From the NCBI RefSeq assembly GCF_002571385.2, contig NW_019217863.1:255371-319370 (forward strand): 64,000 nucleotides of DNA, in the 5' to 3' direction. Below, in pieces: positions 53,101-64,000 of this stretch; position 1 is the first letter of the stretch; every line of letters begins with the position of its first letter. Position numbers and translations under genes: made by a program. Below the pieces are notes generated by a model. It was not told where the DNA came from. It saw nothing but the letters and a program-made list of their open reading frames with translations, and did not search any database. The DNA comes from Stylophora pistillata. Its lineage: Eukaryota.

Positions 53101-56100
53101 CAAGAGGAGGGGTAAATTAGGGGGTTCTGGAAAGTGCAATGCTGCCAAAAGTTTGGCTAATACCACAATACCATCGAAAAAAGAAGCCACTACTCTGTAT
53201 GTTGCGTTAAGAGAAAATAACAGAAATAATGATAAGGAATTTGTTAATGAAAGTTAAGTCAGTTGTGATTAAAAAAAAAAAAAATTAAACACTAATGGTT
53301 GGCTGAAAACAAGTACAATTATCATGTAACACAAGTGAAAAATTGTAACAGTAGTGCAAATTACAAATAGAGGGTGCTGTCAAAACTTCGTCTGTCTTGA
53401 CTTTCTGTGACGATTTTTTGTCTTGATTGTTATTTATATGATTTCTCTTTTAATTGGTGAAAATAAAAGCTTGTAAATTTAAGGTCCAGTTGTGGTCTTT
53501 GAAAAATTTTCTGGTGCTCAAAATGGATTTTGGACAATGTAAAAAACAGTGGAGGACTAGGAGGATAATTTTTTGTAAGTGGTCCAAAATGACTTGTTGA
53601 TAAACTGTGTCCCATAATGCCAGAGAATAATGCAATACTGCAATTCAGGATAAAAATTACTGAAATACCCCAAAAGAATTGTCCAATACCACAAACTCTA
53701 ATTTCCCCCACCAAGAGGATCTGATATGTTATTCAATGGGAATTACTATACAACTTCATCTTGCCAGCTCAGGAGATAAAAATAAAAACTACCATGCAGC
53801 CAGGAATCTGCTATCAAACTCTAGCTCTCCATTGTAACTTTGTCCAAAATTATATGCAACAAAAACAAGAAGGGGTTTTTTTTTTATCCAGATGAGACCG
53901 TCCTATTAGTTTTGTAACTCTTTCTAGCTGTTCAGTTTGGGTGACTTTTGATGTTAGTGGTGTAATGAGATATTAACTGCACTACTTCATTACCCAGGCT
54001 GTCCTTGCTGTTGACTGTGAGATGAAGGAGAGTATTTATGGATATCATAGCAACAGAAAGATCCCATTCCTTCGCATCACCATGGCACTGCCAAAACTTA
54101 TTGCACCAGCTAAACGGATTTTGGAGACAGGCTTTAAATGTGCAGATCTTCCAGAAAGAGGATATTCCACTTATGAAAGCAATATTGATTATGAGGCAAG
54201 TTACAATCTTTTTAGAACTTTGATTTATTACTGCAAGAAGAACCCTCTTAAGAAAATGTATCAGTTAGTGTAAAATTGTTACCTTAAGGTCTCCAGGTGG
54301 GCACTTTGCATCCAAAATAACACTATTGATTATTTATTACACAATTCGGGCAGTCAGAGGGCCAATAACTAAAATCAACCAATCAAAATGCTCTATTGCC
54401 GGTCAATATTCTCTCAGTATTGGACCGGGCACTGTCCCGAATGGTCCCGAATGATACCGCACTTGTGTCCCTTTGAACTTCAGTTGTATAATAAATCTCT
54501 TATTAACCAAGCTTGCTCGGGACCGTACTGGAAGAATATCGGCCCTCNNNNNNNNNNNNNNNNNNNNNNNNNNNNNNNNNNNNNNNNNNNNNNNNNNNNN
54601 NNNNNNNNNNNNNNNNNNNNNNNNNNNNNNNNNNNNNNNNNNNNNNNNNNNNNNNNNNNNNNNNNNNNNNNNNNNNNNNNNNNNNNNNNNNNNNNNNNNN
54701 NNNNNNNNNNNNNNNNNNTAATTTGCCCAAAGACTATTGGAGTTTTGTGAGGTGTAATCAAGGCTTCTAATTTGGAGTTTGAGGAGTTGGATCCTTTAAC
54801 TGCTAAGGGTGGCTGTAACATCTAATTTCTCCTTACAGCGTCATCCCTGAATCTAACTAAAATCAACCAATCAAATTGCTCTATTGACGGTCAATATTCT
54901 CTCAATATTGGACCAGGCACTGTCCCGAATGGTTCCGAATGATACCGCACTTGTGTCCCTTTGAACTTTAGTTGTATAATAAATCTCTTATTAACCAAGC
55001 TTGCTCGGGACCGTACTGGAAGAATATCGGCCCTCAGTCTTTTTTGTATGGACCGAGCTGCACTTGGTCCGTACTGTCAAGACCTCGGGCCGATATTCTT
55101 CCAGTACAGCCCTCATGCTTGGTTAATAAGATATATTTATTAGCCAGGGAATGTCGATTATGAAAACAAGAAACAATGTAAAGAAGAAACAGTTACCCAC
55201 TCCATCAGAGCTCATTGTACCAGTTTTTTACAGTATAAAGGGGTAAGGAGTCTATGTTCCTTGCACTCAGATCACACCTATAATCTTTCCATGTTTGACA
55301 CTACCCATTTTATCCCTTGTTGATGAAGGGGAAAGACCTTGAATATTGTATACTAAACAAACATTGAAAGCAAAGGTACTCACTCATGGGGAATGTGAAG
55401 CTTAAAAGGACACAGATTTAGGTAATAATTCTTCTGTTTGTTTCTTTTTTTTTTTTTTTTTCATTGTTCTTGTTTTGAACATGATAGGTTCGGTTTATGG
55501 TAGACACAGGTGTTGTGGGCTGTAACTGGATAGAGTTACCAGCTGGGAAATACAAAGTGCGTTCACCTTCCATCCAAGGTAGTGGAAAAAGCGAGGTCAA
55601 TCCTGTGTCTCATTGTCAAATTGAAGTAGATATTGCCTATGATGAGTTCATAAGTCACAGCCCCGAAGGTAATTAGTCAATTGTTAACTATTATACATTG
55701 TCTTGTAAATTATCTACAATACATTAGGGAACTAGTTAAAACTAAGCACAATTCTCGATGTGATTGGTTATCATCAGCCCTACTTGAGTGCTTTTTATAG
55801 GACAGTATACATGTATCTGTGTAATTGGACGGCATGCATTATGTGCTATTGTTGTTCATTTTGCCAAGTTAACAGGGTATTTTTTAAGGGAAATGTCTTA
55901 AAGATGGTTACTTTGTTTCTCAAGTTTTGTTATAGTTTCGATTAATTGATAACAGGACTTTAGTGTCTTCCAATTTTCTCCACAGTCATAGTCATTTACC
56001 ACTGGAATTGGACTCAACTCAGTTTCATTACCACTAATTATCATGACTTAGAAAACTATAAAAACACTCAAATATTTTGGCAGTGTTTTTTGTATTATGA

Positions 56101-59100
56101 TCACTCACACTGGCAATAAGGACATGGAAGAAAAATTTTATTGCTTACACTTATTCTGTGCCTGCTTTACTAGTTCTCCTTGGCCCAACTGGCAGCAGCA
56201 TTACAGAAATATTATTTTACATTTCTCTGAGTTTCTCAGCAAGAATTTAGTTCTCTCTGAATCTTCAGAAAAATTGTTTTGTAATATCCTGACTATAATG
56301 GGTAGAGGAATTTTACAGTAATAATCATATTGTTGTCATGATTCCTTTTTGTTCAAAGGTGAATGGTCCAAAGTGGCCCCAGTTCGAATCTTGAGCTTTG
56401 ACATAGAATGTGCTGGCAGAAAGGGAGTGTTTCCTGAACCAGAGAAAGATTCAGTGATTCAGATTGCCAACATGGTTATAAACCAGGGTGATAAGGATCC
56501 ATTAATCAGAAATGTGTTTACACTGAACTCCTGTGCACCAATAGTAGGGTCATATGTTTTCTCCTATAGGGAGGAAAAAGATATGCTTCAGGTGTGTTGC
56601 AGCTAAATATTAAGTCAATTAATTAAAACTAATTCATCAATAGAAAAAAAAGTTTCCCAAGTTTTCTTCAACTGACAAAACAGTTAATTATCTTCAGGGA
56701 ATGTCTTGCAAGACTTGGATGATTGTTACAAGAGCCATATGCTATACATTTGTCAGTGACAAACTTGCATCATAAGTAGCCTGCTATGTAAAGGAAATTT
56801 TACTTTTTTACAATTTCTTTGACTTCTTAAGATTAAGTGTTAAAATAGCACTATATTACAACATTAGTTTTCTTACGGGTTATAGTCTAAGTGAAGTTCT
56901 CAACTTTCTTCTTTTTTTAAAGCAGTGACCAAAACTGTCTGTACCTTTTGATTTATGATGATCCTAAACTGTCATAATTAAACAGGTGAACAGTAATGGT
57001 ACTACTGTTTCTAATTTTCTTTTGCTTATTTTCTTATCCATTTGTTTAAAGGCATGGAGTGATTTTGTCAAAAAAGTGGACCCTGACATCATAACTGGAT
57101 ACAATGTTGTGAACTTTGACCTTCCCTACTTGCTGAATCGAGCAGCAGCTTTGAAGGTTCAGCCCTTTTCATTCCTTGGACGTGTGAGAGATGAAAAGAG
57201 CACCATATCAAACACAGTTTTTCAATCCCGTGCTTACGGCAAACGTGAGAACAAAGTCATAAACATTGCCGGACGTGTTCAGTTTGATTTGTTACATGCC
57301 TTGCTGAGAGATTACAAGCTGAGATCGTACACCCTGAACTATGTCAGTTTTTACTTTCTGCAAGAACAGAAAGAGGATGTACAGCACAATATTATTACAG
57401 ATTTACAGGTACATAGAAAAAATATATTGTGTATTTACCAATAATTTGCCCAAAGACTATTGGAGTTTTGTGAGGTGTAATCAAGGCTTCTAATTTGGAG
57501 TTTGAGGAGTTGGATCCTTTAACTGCTAAGGGTGGCTGTAACATCTAATTTCTCCTTACAGCGTCATCCCTGAATCACATATTAAGGTCCGGGATAAAGG
57601 AGATGATCACCGACCAAAGAAGCTTTTGATTGTTAAACAAATTCTCCTTGCCAGTACCTCAGGAAATGTATGGAGAGCAGTATGGAGTATATGCAAACTT
57701 TTTCAGAGTGTAAAGGTTTAAATAAGTTTTAACAATGGTGAAACTCTGCAGCATAACATAATTATCCTCATTGACCTGTGCATGTCTTTTTTTACTTTTA
57801 AGAATGGAAATGACCAAACCCGTCGCAGACTGGCCATTTACTGTATGAAAGATGCTATTCTTCCTTTGAGGTTACTAGAAAAACTTATGTGCATTATTAA
57901 CTACATGGAGATGGCACGAGTCACTGGTGTTCCACTTAGTTATCTCTTATCAAGAGGACAGCAGATAAAAGTTGTTTCACAGCTCCTCAGAAGGGTGAGT
58001 TCCCTTATACCTGTAAGTGAACTGATTTAGTATTACATTTACATTGACTGAACCAATATATATTTGGCTTGTGGTCATTATGTATAGACCAAGCACAAGG
58101 GCCAAATTTTTTCCCATCTGACCTGCCCAACAGTCATTGACAGTAAGTATTTTATCATAATTATATGACACCAAGAGTTAAAAATTTCAAAAATTTTGTT
58201 TAAATATCTGAATAGGAGGTAATGGACAGGTACATAGGGGACAATCACAAACAAGATTCCACTATAAAAAATTTATGTTTGTATTTTCAGGTCTGAACAA
58301 GAAACTCACAATTCATCAAAAAAATACATTTTTTACTCTAATTTTTCCTTTAACTTTTTGCAACAAAGCCATGTGATTACAACGCTAGACAGCCTTTTTT
58401 CGGAGGCCAGCTCAGGTCAACCCACCCAGCCCCCTACACACGTCAGCTTCACTATGGTTTTCTTTGGGATTGTGTGCCCAGGGCTGTATGGATCATAAGA
58501 TAGTAAACAGTTACAACTTACCTTGTAACACGAGGCTTATCCCCTAGAGCTTGAGAATTTGGCTCCAACAGACTTTTCGTATGTAGGTTTAGTTTGGGAA
58601 AGTTCTTACCATTATAGTGGCTTTTCTGTGTGGGCAAATGATTCCTGCAGTTTTTGATAATGAGTATGGGCTGTGATTAGCTTGTATTTCTCATAGAAGT
58701 GTCAGTCAGCTGATAGACTAGTTAGTTTGCTGCTTTAACTTAATTTTGTGCTGTGCAATAATGTAAACAACAAGGAGTTTGCCAGGAGAGGCTGTAAACT
58801 ACAACTTCACTCTCCTCAAATTAAAATTATGTTGTGCAATTTTTGTAGTCAAAAGAGCAAGATTTGTTACTTCCTGCTCACAAGGCAGAGGCTGGAGATG
58901 AATACACTGGAGCCACTGTCATTGAACCATCTAAAGGGTAAACTCCTCAAATGAATTTAACTGTCTCTGTTTTTTAAATCAATGAATATTTGACCGGTTA
59001 TGTCTGATTGGCAGAAAAATACTCAAGGAAAATTATATCCCTATTAGCAAGTGAAAGTTATTTATTTGTTTGTGTTCCCAGGTACTATGACATTCCCATT

Positions 59101-62100
59101 GCAACACTTGATTTCTCTTCACTGTACCCATCTATCATGATGGCTCACAATTTGTGTTACACCTCTCTTCTGCATCATAGTGATCTGGCAAAGTAAGTAA
59201 ATAGTCATGATCTTGTTAACATGCTTGGCAACATAGATTATACCTCGTTTATAACACACTATTATTGCATGAATAGAGTGAACAGGCAGCCTAGGAAACT
59301 GTAAGTTTTAGTTTCATGTCTGAGGTCAGTCACAGGGTTCAATAAGACACCAAATGGTGACTGAGTACTGTCTTTTTAGTCTCCAGATGGAAAGAATTGG
59401 TCACTAACATATAAGATTCACAAAATATTATATTTCATAACAAAATAGGAAAATGTCAGGTTGCAGAGATCCGGTCACTCTTAACTTGACCTGGCAATGA
59501 ACCTGATAGATTGGAAATTCTAATTCTATCTGAGACCTTTTGCACCCAAAAAGTGCTGGATTCTTTCTATAACACTGACGGAAATCAGCTTCATGGAAAG
59601 GACAGAATGGGGAAATCAGGTGGTGGAATACTTGTTTATGTAAATAATTCGCTTCAGGCTAAGAGACAGGAAGACCTCGAAGCCAAAGACCTAGAAATCC
59701 TGTGGTTAGAGGTCTCCTCCTACAAATTGAGACACTCTCTTTATTGGTGGTGTCTACAGGCCTCCTTCGTTTAGAGTGGCTGATGACAAGAGACTCGGGA
59801 AAAANGATATTCATTGTAAGAATATTTTTATAAGTGTAATTATAGTTTTTACTAAAGTTAGTCCTATTCATACATACCTTTACCTTTACCTTTTACCTTA
59901 ACATACATCTTCTCAACAAGGAAACCATTTTATTGGGAGACATTAACATCGATTTCCTATGCACCATGAAACTTCAGAAACATTCATTCATAAAAACGCT
60001 GCAAAATTTGAATATGTCACAACTTGTAATGGAAAATTACCCGACCATTGTCCAAAACCTGCCTCGATCACATCTGGAGTAGTCACCCTGCGCGGGTATT
60101 AGCTACTGGTATGTCAGATCACCTACCAACCATTGTGACAAGAACATACAAGGGCGTGCAACAAAACAAAACTGAGCATACGACAATCACCTACCGTGGC
60201 ATCAAGAATCTTAATAAGGAACAGTTTATTGCTGCGTTGAAAGAAGCGCCTTGGGATTCTGCGTTTATTTTTGATGATCCTGATGACGTTGTTGATACCT
60301 GGTACGATATTTTCCAAGGCGTAGTCGATAGATTCCTTCCTCTTAAACACAAGCGAGTGAAGCGTAAGTCCCAACCTAACTGGTTCAATAACCACATCTT
60401 CGACAGATTTAAGGAGCGCGATAAACTTCTTACTAAAGCCAAGAAAAGCGGTTCCGTCAACGACTGGCTTAACTACAGGCGAGCGAAAAATTACATGACA
60501 AATTTAATTAGGCAAACAAAGCAAATATACTTTGAGACCAAATTCACTGAAAACAAACATAACTCACGGAAACTTTGGAATCTGATTAAATGCTTGACAG
60601 GTAACGACGGCCCGGAACACGAACTGCAGCAATTAGTTGACGGGAGTGAAATCATTACTAACAATGGTGACCTTGCTGAGACTTTGAATTGCTTTTTCGT
60701 CGATCAGCAGAAAAATCTGACCTCTCAGATTGGTCTTAACAATGTCTCGTCTCCTGGAGCCAGGCCCCCTCCTCCACCTCCCCTTTCCCAGGCCCCTGGA
60801 ACATTTAATATTCCACAAATATCCAAGGAAAAAGTTGTTAATCTCCTTCTCTCTATCCCAGTGTACAAAGCTACAAGCAACAACAGAGTGAGTGCCAAAC
60901 TGCTGAGAATTGCTGCACCTGCTATTGCAGACTCCCTGTGCAAGCTGATCAATTTCTGTATTGAAAAACAAACCCTCCCCACAAAGTGGAAAGTTGGTAA
61001 AGTGACTCCCATTTATAAGGGGCAAGGAAACCGGGACGATAAGAACAACTATAGGCCAATAACCGTGCTTCCTATACTTTCAAAGTTACTCGAGAAGCAC
61101 ATTTGTGATCACCTTTGCGACTTCCTTGAGGAAAACGCTCTACTACACAGGTTTCAGTCCGGTTTCCGCAAATTTCACTCCTCTGAGACTGCCCTTATCG
61201 GCCTAGTCTATCAGCTGCTCATTGACTTGGACAAGAACAAAGTATCGGGGCTTGTGTTTAATGACTATAAAAAGGCTTTTGACCTCATAGACCACGGTCT
61301 GCTCTTAGAGAAATTGAAAGCCTATGGGGTATGTGATAGCGAGCTGGAACTACTACGCAGTTATCTAAGTGGACGCACACAGTATGTACACATCAATGGC
61401 TGTCATTCCTCCCCAAGAGGTATGTCGGCTCGAGTACCGCAAGGGAGTATTTTGGGCCTCATTTTGTTCCTCTTATTCATTAACGATCTGCCATCGGCGG
61501 CACAGCATTCTACCTTTGACATCTACGCAGATGACACTACTCTCAGTTTATCATCAGACATGACTAATCGACTTACTGCCATGTCATCAGCCCTCCAACA
61601 GGACTTAGATGATGTCTCGCGGTGGTCGGTTGCTAACAAAATGGTTACAAACACTGCGAAGATGAAATGTCTCCTTGTTACAGGGAAACGCATACCTTGC
61701 AACTGACAATTGTTCACTGGAGCTCAAACTTGCTAACTCTGACATAGAACAGGTTGATAGTCAGAAACTCTTGGGGTTACTATTGACAAACACTTAAGTT
61801 TTGATGTACACGTTGAGGAACTGTGCAAGAAGTTGTCCCAGAGAATAGCGGTTCTTAGAAAGATAAGGAGATTCATCCCTATTGAACAGCGCATACNNNN
61901 NNNNNNNNNNATTGATTGAGATCATAATGAGTGAGTAAAAAGAAGGCTTTTTGATAGCAATTTTAATTTTGCTCAAACTTTGATTTAGTTCTTATTTCTC
62001 AATCTTTTGAAGGGCCTAGAGTGAATTGGTTTCGGGGCTATACAAGTATTGATTATTGTGTAGTAAAACTAAAGAAAGTGTGACCCTAGCACATTGAAAC

Positions 62101-64000
62101 GTGACTTGTCGTCCTAAGTTTAGGAATAGATCAATTACTAGGTTATTGTAAAGCAGAAATATGATCCTTGTGACATGCAAAACTGTTCAAAGTGTAATCT
62201 TAACAGAGCAGGATTTATGTACCTAAATAGGGTAGAACAAAACATGCTCACATTCGATTTAAGGTGTTTACTAGAAAGGAAACCACGTGCCTTCCCTCTC
62301 ATATTTAATCACATAAAAACTAGCCACCAATATGTATATAAGCACTTTGATTTGGCAATAAAGGTAGATGTAATTAGGACTAGAGTGCGTGCGAGTCTCT
62401 CTGTTGAGGACGCAAAAACTGGCCAAGTCTAGAGTGAAACAAGCAGTTGGCACTTATCTGTTGGCCACAAAACCTTCCCTGTTGTAACAATTACAATTAT
62501 AATTATCATTATTATTGACATGATCATCATCATATGGTTATACTAAGGTTGTCTTTTTTTAATTAAGGTTACCGTGCACCTTCAGGGGTGTCTCGCGTGC
62601 AAGCGATGCAGTGCATCCGGTTTAAACTGTCGATATCTAAACCCCTATATCAAATTAGAGCTTATAGGACTCGCTATCAGACTATACCTTGAAAATTTTG
62701 AAAAAAATTGTCAAATTTTTCACGACTTCTAAATACAAGGGCCCGAATCACCTTTTGAACACTACATGTCAAACCATTTTGTTTTTCGCTTATTTACTGT
62801 GTTCCTCTGTTTCCGGGGCCAAAGCGCTAAAAAAAGTGTCTGCGATTTGCCATATTTAATTTCAGTGAAAAGTTACAGAACATTTTTGAAATAGGATTAA
62901 AAAGATGTATAGTGATTGTACAAAAATTGCTCTTGAAAAAAGGTGTTTAGAAATAAAAAATTCGGAGACTTGTTTTTGTTGTTTATATGTAAAACTAGTT
63001 ACTGCCGAAATTTGAGAGCAATCAAACAAATTCCCTTTGACTTGTAGCTCTTAAAAGATGATTCGGGCACTCACATTTAGAAGTCGTGAAAAATTCGACA
63101 ATTTTTTTTTTTAAAATTTTTGGTATGGTCTGATAGCCGGTCCTATAAGCTTTAATTTTATATAAGGGTTTAGATATCTACATCACTTGCTCGCGAGACA
63201 CCCCTGAAGGTGCACGGTAACCTTAAATAGCTAATTTTGTGTTATATATTTCAGTCTAAAACCTGATGAGTTTATCAAGACCCCTTCAGGAGATTACTTT
63301 GTGAAGGCATCTCTAAGGAAAGGACTGCTGCCTGAAATTCTTGAGAATTTGTTGTCTGCAAGGAAAAAGTATGATGTGATATTATTTACTTACTGCGTGT
63401 TCTTCTGTACTGTTCTTTCCTCCTCTGGATGTCTTAAGTGGTGGACTGTTGAAGCAGTGGGTGTGGATTTCAATGTTAGGCAATTTCATGCATAATTTCT
63501 GGCATAATCTTACCAACCAAAAAATTTAGCTATAAACTCAAACAATGCAAACTGGTGCAACAATAAAATGATATTGTGATTTTGGAGGGCATCGAGAAAA
63601 TAAAATCGGAAAAATTTGGCAACAACAGTCTGAACAATAATTTATGCTAAATACATTTTAGCCTTCCAGAAATCTCCATTGTTTTTGATAAAGGATAGAA
63701 ATAATTTTATTATTTAACTGCAACAAAGTAAATGCACATGCTTGATGATGATATGGTCTAATGCAATGATGCCTGAATCTTCTAACTTAGAGCTAAAGAA
63801 GATCTAAAGAAAGAAACAGACCCATTCAGGAAGAAGGTACAAATTGTGACTCAACAAATATCTATTTTTTCCACTTCAATGATTTGATTGAGAGTATTTG
63901 CCCTTCAGTCAACTAAAATGTTTTTAACCAAAGGTTCTTGATGGACGACAGCTGGCTCTGAAGATTAGTGCTAACTCTGTGTATGGTTTCACTGGAGCGC
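50110..64000 (+). CDS. POLD1: DNA polymerase delta catalytic subunit, 5' portion (continues past the window); exons 50110-50335, 52838-53070, 53998-54195, 55488-55668, 56359-56591, 57052-57408, 57803-57994, 58849-58937, 59082-59192, 63255-63368, 63791-63836, 63934-64000
   Basis: Exo[13 protein letters not shown], Exo[15 protein letters not shown], ExoIII YCMKDA, Pol motif [11 protein letters not shown] and motif [13 protein letters not shown]. Confidence 0.96.
50485..52667 (-). mobile_element. LTR-derived insertion in POLD1 intron 1: an LTR of about 1.09 kb plus a partial second copy
   Basis: TGTGACC..GGTCACA ends with a 4-bp GATA duplication (50481-50484, 52668-52671). 50901-51570 is repeated near-identically at 51998-52667. 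TATAAAA and AATAAA lie on the minus strand. Confidence 0.7.
59450..61896 (+). mobile_element. Decayed LINE ORF2 (APE endonuclease + reverse transcriptase; CR1/L2 group) in POLD1 intron 9
   Basis: [58 protein letters not shown] and YADDTT, with frameshifts and stops; ends at an N gap. Confidence 0.92.
62567..63222. mobile_element. TTAA-flanked MITE (Kolobok-like)
   Basis: TTAA|GGTTACCGTGCACCTTCAGGGGTGTCTCGCG..CGCGAGACACCCCTGAAGGTGCACGGTAACC|TTAA with long imperfect TIRs. GG termini plus a TTAA TSD fit Kolobok better than piggyBac. Confidence 0.8.

Noticed and set aside
54370-55035. Local duplications (54370-54547 repeated at 54857-55034; 54719-54853 matching 57442-57576)
   Set aside because: They abut an N gap and join abruptly; most likely a gap-filling or chimeric assembly artefact.

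Overview
Eukaryotic, intron-rich, AT-rich DNA. The repeat complement suggests a stony coral (inference). Protein-coding content, in order: a complete 19-exon ACSS3-like acyl-CoA synthetase (minus strand); three tandem 'pathogen-related protein' (NTF2/SnoaL-like) copies, the middle one a pseudogene; a secreted GPx3-like selenoprotein with an in-frame UGA and a SECIS element; a GNAT acetyltransferase whose CDS lies in one exon; two tandem PNPLA2/ATGL-like patatin lipases; and the 5' part of POLD1, which contains a GC-AG intron. Mobile elements include two LINE remnants, two Penelope-type insertions with hammerhead ribozyme cores and clear TSDs, two CACAGG-ended MITEs with 7-bp TSDs, a TTAA-flanked MITE, an LTR and SINE fragments. 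The most unusual item is the GNAT: it resembles the actin N-acetyltransferase NAA80 but has an N-terminal hydrophobic (membrane) segment and a CCDC53/WASHC3-like helical motif inserted inside the catalytic fold. Splice models were read by eye and family assignments rely on remembered motifs, not database searches.
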